This document shows positions 48,910-59,101 of a stretch of 64,000 bases of DNA, in pieces. Position numbers and translations under genes: made by a program. This stretch comes from Planctomycetota bacterium (GTDB taxonomy: Bacteria > Planctomycetota > UBA8108 > SXIK01): positions 6,304,001 to 6,368,000 of the forward strand of contig OZ244999.1 of the NCBI GenBank assembly GCA_965223265.1, read 5' to 3'. The notes under the pieces were generated by a model, which ran no database searches, had not been told where the DNA came from, and saw nothing but the letters and a program-made list of their open reading frames with translations. Each line of letters starts with the position of its first letter. The stretch's first letter is position 1.

Positions 48910-51900
48910 ATGAAACTCACGGGCACGATCGCAACGCTGGGTCTTTTGTGGACGACACTCGCCCCGACCCTCGGGGCACAAGAGGTGGCTGCGGACAAGA
49001 AGTCCGCCCGCGACGACGCTGAAACTCGCCTGCTCGAAGCCGAGCTGCTCGAAGTCTCGAGCGGCGATCTGGAGCGTGCGCTCCGCATTTACACCGCGCT
49101 CGCCGAAGCCGAGGAGACACCGGAGCCAACGAAGGCCCGGGCTCTCCTTTACATGGCGCGCTGCCATCGCAAGCGTGGCCAGCTGGAAGACGCGCGACGC
49201 ATTCTTGACACCATCGTCAAGCAACACCAACGCGAAGCTGCCGTGCTGCGCCAGGCGCGCACGTTTCTGCGCGAGCTTGATGCGGGCGGCCAGCGCGCCG
49301 AGTTCGACTGGCTGGGTGAGCTAGCGCGCAGCCCGGAGATCCGCGCCCGCGTCTTCGACCTGGCGATGGATCTGGTCGACGTGACGAGCGATGAGGCCCA
49401 GCGCGCCCGACGTCAGCTCCTCGCGCTCGGGACGATCAGCGTGCCTGTGCTCGAGCAGATGGCGCAAACGTCGCGCGACGCCCGCCACCGGCGGCACCTG
49501 GCGCTCATCCTCGCCCACCTCGGCGCGCACGAATGGCTGCGCGTCGCGCTCGGTGCCGAGGGCGCACCGCCTTTCTTTTCCGGCAACGGCCGCAGCACCT
49601 TGGGTCAGAACTTTCGGGAATTCATCGGTTACGTCGTCGAACTGCCAGCGGCGGGCCGCCAACGTTTTCTCACCACGCTCGAATCCATCGCGGCGGATTG
49701 CCCGGCGGCGTATGTCGAGTGCCTTCGCTTCGTCGCCGGCGACCATGGCCGCCTGCAGACACGGCTTCCCATCATGGAAGAGGTACTCAGCGTCGAGACG
49801 GACCAGCGCTCCATTTTCGGACTTGCAAAACGTCTCGGCGACATCGCCCGGGCAGATGCAAGCCAAGCTAGGATCATCGCGGCGCGCCTGCTGGAGGCGC
49901 CGCCGAAGTTACGCGGCATCTATTACGATCTCCTCGACAAAACAGCCCCTAAGGTCCTCGGCGTGACGCATTGGCGGCGGATGCTCGAGGATCATGTGGC
50001 GGCGGACGAGCAGGCGACGACGCGGCCCATATTCAAGGAACGAAGACCAACATCCCGCACGTCGGTCAGAGTCGCAACGCCAAGACAGATGCGACCCGGA
50101 GTCGACGTTCGCACCCTCGTCGCCAAGCTCGAAGCGGCGACGGCCTGGCAGGTGCTCGAGGCGTTCACGGAAAGCTCAATCGCCACGGAGCTGTTGACGT
50201 ACTTCGCGAACAAGTACCTCGCGCAGGATGGTCCCACCGCAGCGCCTGTGGAGTGGGCTGGAATCCTTCGGAACTGCGACGCGGATTTCGAGATTGACTG
50301 TCCGGTCAACTCAGGCGGGACACACCGCCTCAGGGGTAGCAACTTCGCCCTCCTGCACCTTCTGGCGGAAGAGCGCGACGAGTTCCTCGACGAGTTTCTC
50401 GACGTTCTGGACCACCGCCGCCAGGAGGCACCGGAGTTCCACGGCTACGGCTCGCGGCCTGAGCATTGGGCCTGGCGCCAAGAACAGTGGACGCCTTCAC
50501 CGCGCTACGTCGCCGCCATGACGGCGCGCCTGGGCAGTGACGACAACGTCACTCTCGCCATCGCCCTCGAGGCGTTGTCGCTTTCCGCACCTCTAGCTGC
50601 CGAGGCGCAGCAAGCGATCGAGTCGCTGCTGGACACATCAACGAGCAATGCGATCCGCGAGCTGGCGCTCTACGCGCTCCTACGTCACTTCGAAACCGAG
50701 CCGCGTTACGGAACACGCGCGGCGGAGCTCTTGATGGTGGAATTCCTGCGGCGATCGAACCGCGGTAAAGATTTCAGAGCTGACGGCGGGAGTCAGCGCT
50801 TCGAACAGCTGGAGCAACTACGGGCCGGAATCAAGGATCTCCCTGACGACGCGAGGCGCCAGATTCAAGAAGCGATCGGAAGTCCTGATCCCAGCGCGCA
50901 CACGGTGAGTCCCGTCGGTGCTAATCAATTGGGTCACCTTTCCTTGCCGTGGCAGCAAACCGTTGAGTCCCGCCGGTCCTTTCGTCGAAGAGTCGTAGAC
51001 CAGCGACGCTCACGTCGTAGTTCGCGTCATTCTACGTCTGGGTCCGGTGGTCTCGAGGTGCTCGGGTGGATCATCGCTCGCCCGGTCTACGGCCGGACGT
51101 CGTCTCGTAGGGAACAAACCGACGAACTCCGAGACGCGCTCTACCCTCACGTTCTGAAGTTTCTCGGGACGGAACAGGGACAGGCGTTTCACTCCTGGTA
51201 CGGCGTCGCGTCGCAAGATCAGCTCCTCGACTTCGCCGCGGCAACGAAAGACCGCGCCGCTCGCGCGTATGTGATTTCGCAGAGGCTGATTGAAAAGCGA
51301 GCGGAACCAGACTGGGAAGTGAGGCGGCTCGAGATCCTTCGCCACGTCGCGGTCGACAGGAATTTACCGACGGAAGCCCGACGCGCCGCGGTCGAAGTCG
51401 CGCGTCAGCGAAGCCTCGACTGGTTCTCCCTCGAGGCGCTACTGAGTGATGACCCCTTCATCGACCGTCTCATGGCAGTCCAGCTGGGAGGTCCCGAAGC
51501 CCCTTTCGGAGAAACGTACTTCTCTCGCCTCTGGCGCGACACGCGCGATGACCACACCAAGAGATCCAGCGCGTTCAAAAACGCCTTCAAGAGCCCTCAC
51601 GCCGCGGTCCGCCGCGCCGCCTACGACGCGTATCGGGATTCTGCAGCCGACGCTGTCGAGGTGTACCGTAGTGGCCTTCAAGACGACGACGAAGAGGTCC
51701 GCGGTGAAGTCATCGACCACCTGACGCACACCTCACGCACCGACATGGCGCCGCTCTTCCTCGAACTGCTCGCCTCGGGCGAACGCTCGCAGCAGCTGAC
51801 GGCGATCCATGGACTGAAGAAGTTCGCGCTCGCCGACAGTCTGCCGGCGATCGGCGCGCTCCTCAACGATCCGAACAACGACGTGCGCGTCGAAGCGCTC

Positions 51901-51996
51901 AAGGCACTCAACAGCATCCGCGACACGCTGAAGGAACGGAAGGAGTGGCAAACGGTTCTGCAGCGGCTCGCTGACCCGGCGATCGAGAATCTGTAA
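48910..51996 (+). CDS. Exported TPR + HEAT-repeat protein
   Basis: Signal peptide (MKLTGTIATLGLLWTTLAPTLGA), N-terminal TPR and C-terminal HEAT repeats (LQDDDEEVR, LNDPNNDVR). GGAGG RBS. Confidence 0.8.
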   Translation: MKLTGTIATLGLLWTTLAPTLGAQEVAADKKSARDDAETRLLEAELLEVSSGDLERALRIYTALAEAEETPEPTKARALLYMARCHRKRGQLEDARRILDTIVKQHQREAAVLRQARTFLRELDAGGQRAEFDWLGELARSPEIRARVFDLAMDLVDVTSDEAQRARRQLLALGTISVPVLEQMAQTSRDARHRRHLALILAHLGAHEWLRVALGAEGAPPFFSGNGRSTLGQNFREFIGYVVELPAAGRQRFLTTLESIAADCPAAYVECLRFVAGDHGRLQTRLPIMEEVLSVETDQRSIFGLAKRLGDIARADASQARIIAARLLEAPPKLRGIYYDLLDKTAPKVLGVTHWRRMLEDHVAADEQATTRPIFKERRPTSRTSVRVATPRQMRPGVDVRTLVAKLEAATAWQVLEAFTESSIATELLTYFANKYLAQDGPTAAPVEWAGILRNCDADFEIDCPVNSGGTHRLRGSNFALLHLLAEERDEFLDEFLDVLDHRRQEAPEFHGYGSRPEHWAWRQEQWTPSPRYVAAMTARLGSDDNVTLAIALEALSLSAPLAAEAQQAIESLLDTSTSNAIRELALYALLRHFETEPRYGTRAAELLMVEFLRRSNRGKDFRADGGSQRFEQLEQLRAGIKDLPDDARRQIQEAIGSPDPSAHTVSPVGANQLGHLSLPWQQTVESRRSFRRRVVDQRRSRRSSRHSTSGSGGLEVLGWIIARPVYGRTSSRREQTDELRDALYPHVLKFLGTEQGQAFHSWYGVASQDQLLDFAAATKDRAARAYVISQRLIEKRAEPDWEVRRLEILRHVAVDRNLPTEARRAAVEVARQRSLDWFSLEALLSDDPFIDRLMAVQLGGPEAPFGETYFSRLWRDTRDDHTKRSSAFKNAFKSPHAAVRRAAYDAYRDSAADAVEVYRSGLQDDDEEVRGEVIDHLTHTSRTDMAPLFLELLASGERSQQLTAIHGLKKFALADSLPAIGALLNDPNNDVRVEALKALNSIRDTLKERKEWQTVLQRLADPAIENL

Positions 51997-52103
51997 CTCG
52001 CCCGCGGTTGAACGCGTGTCGTGGCTGAAGACGCGCGAGGGATCTCCCTCTTGGTGGAGGCACACCCCATTGTTGCAAAAAGAGAAGCGCTCACGGGCCA
52101 TGC

Positions 52104-52255
52104 GCGATTGCGATTGCGATTGCGATTGCGATTGCGTGGGCGTGGGCGTGGGCGTGGGCGTGGGCGTGGGCGTGGGCGTGTGGGAGTGGGAGTACTCTGC
52201 TTCTGCCTCTGATTCTGTCTCCGTATCCGTATCCGTATCTGTATCTGTATCTGTA
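52104..52255. repeat. Compound hexamer array (GCGATT)5(GCGTGG)7...(TCYGTA)6
   Basis: Read directly; intergenic, between the HEAT protein and the sensor kinase. Confidence 0.9.
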
Positions 52256-52383
52256 GCCCGCACCACCGTACGGCGCAGGTCGTTACGCAACTGTAGGGAC
52301 CGACACACTCATGACCAAGGCTACATGTCGCGGTTCATGAACCCGGTGCCGCGGCGGCCTGGCGCACGTCAATTCGAGGTAAT

Positions 52384-54636
52384 ATGTACCGCCCTCTGAT
52401 CGCCTACTTGCTGCTCATTCTGGTGCCCTCGGCCGTGCTTGGGTGGCTGGCGTGGCGCGCCTCCGGGCAGGATTATGCCGCCCAGACGGCGCAGGAATCC
52501 GCGCACGCGCGCGATGAGGCGACGGTGTTAGCACACCGCGTGGAGACAGCTCTGTCCGACCGGCGCCAACACGCCAAACGCTTGGTCGTCTCGACCCTCT
52601 CGGACGCTGACAGCTCCGGGCTTCTCGAGGCTGCTGTCGCCTTTGCGGCAGACGGCAAATGGCTCGGTTACACGATTGCTGCCCGGCGCGCCGGTCGCGA
52701 AAAACGATCCACGGAACAGCGTGAACTCGCTGCTGATCTCAACGCGCAAGTTCACGCGGAAGACGCACGCCTCTACGAGCTCGCGCGGCGCGGCGGCGAA
52801 GCGTATGAGTTCGTCCACCGCGATCCCCATCGCGCGCTCGATGCCTATGCCTTCTATTTGCCGCGACTGCGCGCGCCGCACCTCCGCGATCAGCTTCGCT
52901 TTGCCATCGCCAGGACCGCACTTGCCGCCAGCCGAGCCGACCTTGGCGCCCCGATCCTCAGGCAACTGGCGGCCGGCGACGGCGCGCGCGAAGGCGCGGC
53001 GAGCCTGCCAGGTCGGTCAATCCCGGTCGCGGGAGGCACCCGAGTGCCGCTGGATTTAGCAGCCGCGCTGCGACTCGCCGAACTGGAAAAGAAACAGAGC
53101 GCACATGACGCACACGCCGCGCCACCTGCCGCGTACGACGGCGAACGGTTAGCGCGCGCAGCTCTCCGCCGCCGCGCGCGCGGACTCTCGACGCCGCTCC
53201 TGGCGCTACTCGTCAGTCGACTGCCGACTCCCGATCCCGACCTCGCACGCTACGTCGATCATCGCCGCCAGCTCGAAGAGCTCGTGGCGCGGCACGCATC
53301 GATCCTGTCGCACCACGACGCGGTCCTCGATGGCGACGACCTACTCGTAGCGATCGATGGACAGGAGATCGAACGACCAAACCCGCAGCTGGCAGCTACG
53401 ACACGCGGTATCGTTCGCGTCCCCGCGGCACTGCCGCGCTTGCAAGCGAGCAGCGGCTTGATCGTGGGCATCGTCAGGAGCGGCAGCGACACGCCGGATG
53501 CCAAAGTGTTCGACGTCCGTCCGACCAATACGGCGGCGACGAAGTCCACGAGCGTGCGCCTCCCCGTGGCGATCCGCGACGGCGGCCGCCCAGTATGTTA
53601 TGTCGTCGTCGAGGACGCGACGTTGCCGAAGCGCCTCGCCACGCTTCGAGAGCGCCGTGACGTCCAACGCACGGCGGTAGGCCTCTTGGTTCTCCTCAGC
53701 CTCGCCGGCGGCGCCGTGCTCGTGGTCTACCTAGGCCGTGAGCGCCGGCTCGCGCGCCTGCGCGCGCGCCTCCTTGCCAACGTCTCGCACGAACTCAAAA
53801 CGCCGACGACGTCTGTCCGCTTGTTCAGCGAGATGTTGACCAAAGAGAAGCTCGACCGCGAGCAGACGCGCCGCTTCGCCTCGCTCCTCCACAACGAGAG
53901 CCTTCGTCTCAGCCGCATCATAGAAAACGTTCTCGAGTTCGCGCGCGGCGGCAAACGGCGCGACGTCGAGCTCGAGGAGGTCGACGTGTATGAGTTAGCC
54001 AAGCGCCTCATCGACAGCTTCGAGTACCGTGCGAGCGAACTCGGCGTGCGCCTCGAGTTCAGCGGTGAGGCGCCGCGGCGAGAGGACTTCTCAGTGCAGG
54101 CTAACGGCGCGGCAGTGGAGCGCATTCTCTACAACCTGATAGACAACGCCATCAAGTATCGCGCCTCCGATGATCCGTATGCTCTCGTGCACTTCAGCTG
54201 CGATGCAGACGCCGCGCTCGTCACGGTCACAGACAACGGCGTCGGCATCACACCGCGGGATCGCAAGCGGGTGTTCGAAGAGTTCTATCGCGCCCGTTTT
54301 GATGATTACGCCGTCCAAGGGACAGGCCTCGGGCTGTCGATTGCACGCAGCCTCGCGCGTCAAATGGGTGGCGAGCTGTCGCTGATCGCGACGAGCACCA
54401 AAGGCAGCACCTTCGTGCTTCGCCTGCCAGCGATCGAGTCGAGGACTGGTCACGCCGCGACCGAGCTGGAGACACCAAAGAAGCGGGGCGTTCATCCGAT
54501 TGCACAAGAAAAAGATTCAATAACTCCGGCGGACGCAGCGTCGAAGCTCGACAGTACGGCGCCAGACGCGGCGAAGTCGACGACTCGGCGCGAAGCGACC
54601 GATTCATCCAACCGAGGAGGACGCCATGCCGGGTGA
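52384..54636 (+). CDS. Membrane sensor histidine kinase
   Basis: Two TM helices, NVSHELKTP, NLIDNAIKY, DNGVGI and GTGLGLSI. Confidence 0.92.
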   Translation: MYRPLIAYLLLILVPSAVLGWLAWRASGQDYAAQTAQESAHARDEATVLAHRVETALSDRRQHAKRLVVSTLSDADSSGLLEAAVAFAADGKWLGYTIAARRAGREKRSTEQRELAADLNAQVHAEDARLYELARRGGEAYEFVHRDPHRALDAYAFYLPRLRAPHLRDQLRFAIARTALAASRADLGAPILRQLAAGDGAREGAASLPGRSIPVAGGTRVPLDLAAALRLAELEKKQSAHDAHAAPPAAYDGERLARAALRRRARGLSTPLLALLVSRLPTPDPDLARYVDHRRQLEELVARHASILSHHDAVLDGDDLLVAIDGQEIERPNPQLAATTRGIVRVPAALPRLQASSGLIVGIVRSGSDTPDAKVFDVRPTNTAATKSTSVRLPVAIRDGGRPVCYVVVEDATLPKRLATLRERRDVQRTAVGLLVLLSLAGGAVLVVYLGRERRLARLRARLLANVSHELKTPTTSVRLFSEMLTKEKLDREQTRRFASLLHNESLRLSRIIENVLEFARGGKRRDVELEEVDVYELAKRLIDSFEYRASELGVRLEFSGEAPRREDFSVQANGAAVERILYNLIDNAIKYRASDDPYALVHFSCDADAALVTVTDNGVGITPRDRKRVFEEFYRARFDDYAVQGTGLGLSIARSLARQMGGELSLIATSTKGSTFVLRLPAIESRTGHAATELETPKKRGVHPIAQEKDSITPADAASKLDSTAPDAAKSTTRREATDSSNRGGRHAG

Positions 54637-55303
54637 ACGCATCCTCATCGTCGAGGACGATCCTGCTATTCTCATCGGCCTGAGGGAAAAACTGGCGATC
54701 GAGGGTTACGACACGGTCTCCGCCAAGGATGGCGAAGCGGCGCAGCGGGCACTCGACGAAGCGGCACCCGATCTTGTCATCCTCGATCTCATGCTGCCGA
54801 AGATCGATGGATTGACCCTGCTGCGATGGCTCCGCCAACGTGATCGCGAGCTGCCGGTCCTGATTCTGAGCGCTAAGGGCGCCGAGGCCGACAAGGTCGC
54901 GGGACTGCGGACTGGGGCCGACGACTACCTGGCCAAGCCTTTCGGCCTCGACGAGCTCATCGCGCGCGTTGAGGCGCTCCTGAGACGCACCTGGCACGGC
55001 GCCGAGAGCATCGAGTTCGGCGACGTGCGGGTCGACTGCGAGCGGCGCCTCGTCTTTCGGGCCGGCGCCGAAGTCAACCTGTCTCGACGCGAGCTCGAGG
55101 TGCTCCTCTATCTTTTGCGTCATCGCCGCGGCGTCGTCTCACGCGAGCAGATTCTCGAAGGCGTTTGGGGCTATGAGCCGTCGAGCGCCGCGCGCTCCGT
55201 CGACTTTCACATCCTGAATCTGCGCCGCAAGCTCGAGAAGGATCCGAAAAATCCGGTCCATCTCGTCACCCGTCACGGCATGGGCTTTCAGCTCGTGGTG
55301 TGA
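54626..55303 (+). CDS. OmpR-family response regulator
   Basis: ILIVEDD, DLVILDLMLP, GADDYLAKPF and a winged-helix C-terminus. Confidence 0.95.
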   Translation: MPGERILIVEDDPAILIGLREKLAIEGYDTVSAKDGEAAQRALDEAAPDLVILDLMLPKIDGLTLLRWLRQRDRELPVLILSAKGAEADKVAGLRTGADDYLAKPFGLDELIARVEALLRRTWHGAESIEFGDVRVDCERRLVFRAGAEVNLSRRELEVLLYLLRHRRGVVSREQILEGVWGYEPSSAARSVDFHILNLRRKLEKDPKNPVHLVTRHGMGFQLVV

Positions 55304-55507
55304 CGTCAGCGCCTGCCAAGACATGACGGCAACAAAGGTCGAAAGTCTTTGGCTGCCCCCTTTGTTGCCTTCGTTCTCTTCTGTTCGATTCTTCACGTGA
55401 CCGGGTAGCTTGAGGCTTGCACTCATGCTTGTTCTTGGACAGAAAGCAGCCAGGAAAACGAAGGAAGAAGAGCGGAGAGCTCTCGTGCGCGCGGCGCGAT
55501 CCTTCGC

Positions 55508-56485
55508 TCAGTGCCGCTTCATCCGCTTGCTGACGCGATGGAGAAAACGGCGTTCCTTACGCGTCAGCGACATCATGCCATGCTCCTGAATCTTCTTGAG
55601 CAGCGCATCGAGCTCACGGCGCTCCTCGGGCGTCGCCTCGCTCGCCTCGGCTCGACGCTGGCGCAAGCGGTCGAGGAACGACGGCCGATCGCTCGTGCGG
55701 CGACGCGAACCCTCGAGACTCGTGTAGCCGCGCGAAAAATCGTAGCCGAACGTGTCGTCGCCGATCTCTCCCTCGCGCAGGCGCACGTAGAGCTGCTCCG
55801 TTCCAAACCAGGCCCAGATCAGAATCAGAACGAGCCAGAACTCTCCCGTCACGATCGCAAACAGCGCACCGACGATCGCGCAGCCGCGCGAGACGTAGAT
55901 CGTGATCAGAGTGGCGCGACCGTAGGCGCCGGGCGCGCCCTTCTTCGACATCCATCCCCACAGGAGCGAGTGAAAAATACGCCCACCGTCGAGGGGATAG
56001 AGCGGCACGAGATTGAAGATGAGAAGGATGAGCTGAAAGTTGACCAACGTGCGGCGCACCTGCCCAACGTACACGTTATCGCCAAGAGAGGGGTCGAGCC
56101 GAAGCATCACCGTGAACGCAATCCACGAGAAAAGAATGAGACCGAGCGTCACGGCAGGCCCTCCGGCCGCAACGATGAACTGGCTTCGCGGCACGTTCGG
56201 CGCACTACAAAACGCCAGGCCTCCGAGCGGCCACATGAGGATGTCCTCTGCATCACCGCCGACAGCCCGAGCAGCGAAGGCGTGGCCGAATTCATGCAGC
56301 AGAATCGCGACGAAGATGATGCCGGTCGTCAGTAGCCACCAAAGCAGCAATTCGCCACGCCGAAATCCATCGCTATACAGTTCGCTAAGCTGCATGACCC
56401 AAAAGGCAAGGAGCAGCCAATGGATGCGGACGCGAATTCCCGCGATGCGTCCGATGGGAAGTCCCCAGGAGTAAAACTCGTTCAT
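55508..56485 (-). CDS. Site-2 protease (M50) with C-terminal DUF6576-like helix
   Basis: LLHEFGH, AAGGPAV, FNLVPLYPLDGG and a C-terminal LDALLKKIQEHGMMSLT. Confidence 0.9.
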   Translation of the reverse strand: MNEFYSWGLPIGRIAGIRVRIHWLLLAFWVMQLSELYSDGFRRGELLLWWLLTTGIIFVAILLHEFGHAFAARAVGGDAEDILMWPLGGLAFCSAPNVPRSQFIVAAGGPAVTLGLILFSWIAFTVMLRLDPSLGDNVYVGQVRRTLVNFQLILLIFNLVPLYPLDGGRIFHSLLWGWMSKKGAPGAYGRATLITIYVSRGCAIVGALFAIVTGEFWLVLILIWAWFGTEQLYVRLREGEIGDDTFGYDFSRGYTSLEGSRRRTSDRPSFLDRLRQRRAEASEATPEERRELDALLKKIQEHGMMSLTRKERRFLHRVSKRMKRH

Positions 56486-56855
56486 CGCGCTGCTTCGAAA
56501 GGAATGAATGATCGGTACGTCTCAGTAGCGCGGCGTCGGCTCTGCACGAGACCGTCAGAATCGGCGCACCCGATCGCCACGTTTGATCAGCCTGACTATA
56601 CCGTGAAATACCGAAAACCCAACCCGCAGGCAAATCGAGAGTTCGTCGACGTGTGAGCGCCGGAGAATTCTGTAGTTTCACTTGCCGCGTGCCTGCAATT
56701 GTTGTTGCTGGCCCATTGACGCCGCACTATGATGCGGAGCCAGAGATGAGAAGGACCCGTTCTCGGTGGCGGCGGGGGAATCCCCCCGCGGAGAGGCAGA
56801 CCGATGAGCCAACACGGGCCAACAGGATCGCGGCGAACCGAGTTCACTTGCGAGC

Positions 56856-58037
56856 ATGGTAGTGAGTTCACTCGCGCCGAGGGCGCTGGATCAAGCCGCC
56901 CGCTGGCGTGCGCGAACGGCGGCTGGGGCAGCGGTGCGATGGTGGGCGCTCGTCGCAGTTCTTTCAGCCACATTTTCAGTCCCACTCGCGGCGGCCGAAG
57001 AAAAAACGCCCGATCTGCCGACGGCGAGACGAGCGCTACGAAACGCGCTCAGAACTCTGCGACGCGAGAAAAACTACGCACTCACGCTCAGGTACGAGCG
57101 CGGCATCGCCGAAGATGCGACGCACCGCGCGAAGTCGAGCGTGTCCCGAGCCACTTACACAGGCAACGTCCTTCGCAACCGCTTCATGCACGTACCGAAG
57201 TACAAAGCATACCGAACGCCTACTCGAGGCGTCTGGTGGGAACCAGATCGCATCAAGCAGGGCGGCACGTTTCGCGAGCGAAAGAAGCAGAAAGTCAATG
57301 GGGGTTGGCGCGCCATCGTCTTTCCGGCTCAATCGGTGGGCGGAAACAAAGCCTTCATAATGCACTCGCGCTTCTATTTCCCCACCGAGATCCTCGAAGA
57401 CGCAATGACACACGTAGGCTCTGCGCGTTGGGTTGATCAGTCTCTGATCCCGGAAGCAACGCCCCAAGACGATGACGGCGACGCTGCGGACGCGGATACC
57501 GATCCAGACTTGGACAGACGCGACAAGAAGAAGAAGAAGAAGAAGAAGAAGAAGAAGAACAGCACCGCTGAGAAGAAGCAGCTGGACGGCGAGAGTCAGC
57601 GCAGCAAAGGGCGCACCCGAGTCGACCGACCGAAACACTCTACGTCTGCGGTCAAGCCCGAAAAGCTCATTCGCGTGACCGTGCCACCGAAGCTTGCGCA
57701 GAAGAAACGCGTCTCCTGCGGCGGCTGGGGGTGAGGCTGGGGACGCGACTTGGCCGGTCTGGACAAGAGTCACGACAACGCGTTTTACGAAATTTGGATC
57801 GACCCTGAGACGCAGCGCCCCGTGCGTATCCGCTACCTCGTCCTGGTGGCGCCCATCGGTGGGCGCACGAAGGCCGCCGCGAAGATCAAGAAAGGCAAGA
57901 TCCTCGACGGCAAGCACTACGTGTTCCATTTTGATTTCACCATATCCGACTTCGGAGAGATCAAGCCGTTCTCCGTCCCCAAAGAGGCTCGTGCGGTCCT
58001 GGCGAAGATCAAAGATCTCGATCGTTCGGCATTCTGA
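56856..58037 (+). CDS. Exported protein with in-frame UGA at 57732-57734, probable selenoprotein (393 aa if read through)
   Basis: The 56856-57734 and 57750-58037 ORFs are in the same frame, separated only by TGA. The sole Cys is five residues before the UGA. A SECIS-like hairpin follows. Confidence 0.65.
57525..57557 (+). repeat. (AAG)11 encoding poly-Lys
   Basis: Read directly. Confidence 0.9.
57747..57771 (+). promoter_or_regulatory. Putative bacterial SECIS element
   Basis: GACTTGGCC-GGTCT-GGACAAGAGTC hairpin. The GGUCU loop begins 22 nt after the UGA and resembles E. coli fdhF GCAGGUCUGC; both encode AGL. Confidence 0.55.
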
Positions 58038-59101
58038 TGCGACCGCTTTCGAGTTCCACACAAAGAGTGAGTGCCGCAGCGATCGTGTGCGTTCTCTCCT
58101 TGAGTTCAGCAGCACACCCGGATGAGGCGAACACCGAGCCGACGCTCGCCAACTCTGTCAAACTGGGCGAATGGCGGCACGGTCCGAAGGTCAAGTTGAG
58201 CCGTCTCAAAGGGCGCGTCGTGGTCGTCATGACGATAATGTCGCACCACCTGTATCTGCGGAACGCGCGCCTCCATCACCTCGACAATTGGAACAGAAAG
58301 TTCGCGGCACGAGGGGTGACGGTGATCGTGACAGTCAAGCCCCGCGCGGAACACGCTCTGCGCGTCTGGCACACTGTGTGGACGAGTGATTGGCGATTCA
58401 CGATCACCGAGGGCGGTTCGGTCTCCTTGCCAGACTACAACCCTTCCCAGACGACTCTCTTCGTCTTCGGTGCCGACGGCAAGCTCGTCGACGCAGGATC
58501 ACTCGGAGAGCTGCAAAAGACGGTCCTGCAGCTATTCGAGACCGAACCACATTTCGTCATGGCAGACCGCAAGTACGAGCACTTCGCCAAGTATGACGCG
58601 GCGCTCAAGCGAGGGCTGAGCTACGGCGCAGCAATCGCGCGCATAAAAAAGGAGGCTGGCAAAAAGCGTGAGACGCTGGAGGAGGCCAAGCATCTCGTCA
58701 AGCGCATGCAACGTCTTGGTAAAAGCCGTCTGTCGCGGGCACGAAAACTTGAGAAGGCCGATCTCACCGAGGCGATCGAAGCCTATGAGTTGGTGGCGCG
58801 TGAGTGGAAGGGGGAAAAAGTCGGAGCGCGCGCCCGCAGCCGCGTCGACAAACTCCGCAGTGACGCCGACGTTCAGCGCCAGCTCAAGTCACTCAAAATC
58901 GCGGCAGCGATTCTGAAACGCTTCGAGGACTTCAGGTTCATCGGGCACGAAATCAAGCCCGAAAACCCCCACAACCAGCGCGTCCGCGCCCGCATTGAGG
59001 CGGATGCCAAAGCCATGCTCAAGCACTACGCGGGCACGCAAGGTGCGCGGAAAGTGAAGAAACAGCTCAAGCGGTACAGCATCGAACTGCCCGCACCGTA
59101 G
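58037..59101 (+). CDS. Exported TlpA/redoxin-like thioredoxin-fold protein lacking CxxC, with helical C-terminal domain
   Basis: KLSRLKGRVVVV..LDNWNRKFAARGVTVI..FVFGADGKLV pattern; TGATG coupling to the upstream gene. Confidence 0.7.
   Translation: MRPLSSSTQRVSAAAIVCVLSLSSAAHPDEANTEPTLANSVKLGEWRHGPKVKLSRLKGRVVVVMTIMSHHLYLRNARLHHLDNWNRKFAARGVTVIVTVKPRAEHALRVWHTVWTSDWRFTITEGGSVSLPDYNPSQTTLFVFGADGKLVDAGSLGELQKTVLQLFETEPHFVMADRKYEHFAKYDAALKRGLSYGAAIARIKKEAGKKRETLEEAKHLVKRMQRLGKSRLSRARKLEKADLTEAIEAYELVAREWKGEKVGARARSRVDKLRSDADVQRQLKSLKIAAAILKRFEDFRFIGHEIKPENPHNQRVRARIEADAKAMLKHYAGTQGARKVKKQLKRYSIELPAP

Noticed and set aside
54490-54530. Weak similarity of the kinase C-terminal tail (HPIAQEKDSIT) to the repeat head near 52060
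   Set aside because: Too short and too degenerate to support.
57732-57734. Genome-wide UGA reassignment to Trp or Gly
   Set aside because: Many clear genes (dnaK, prkA, spoVR, fabI) end at TGA at their normal length.
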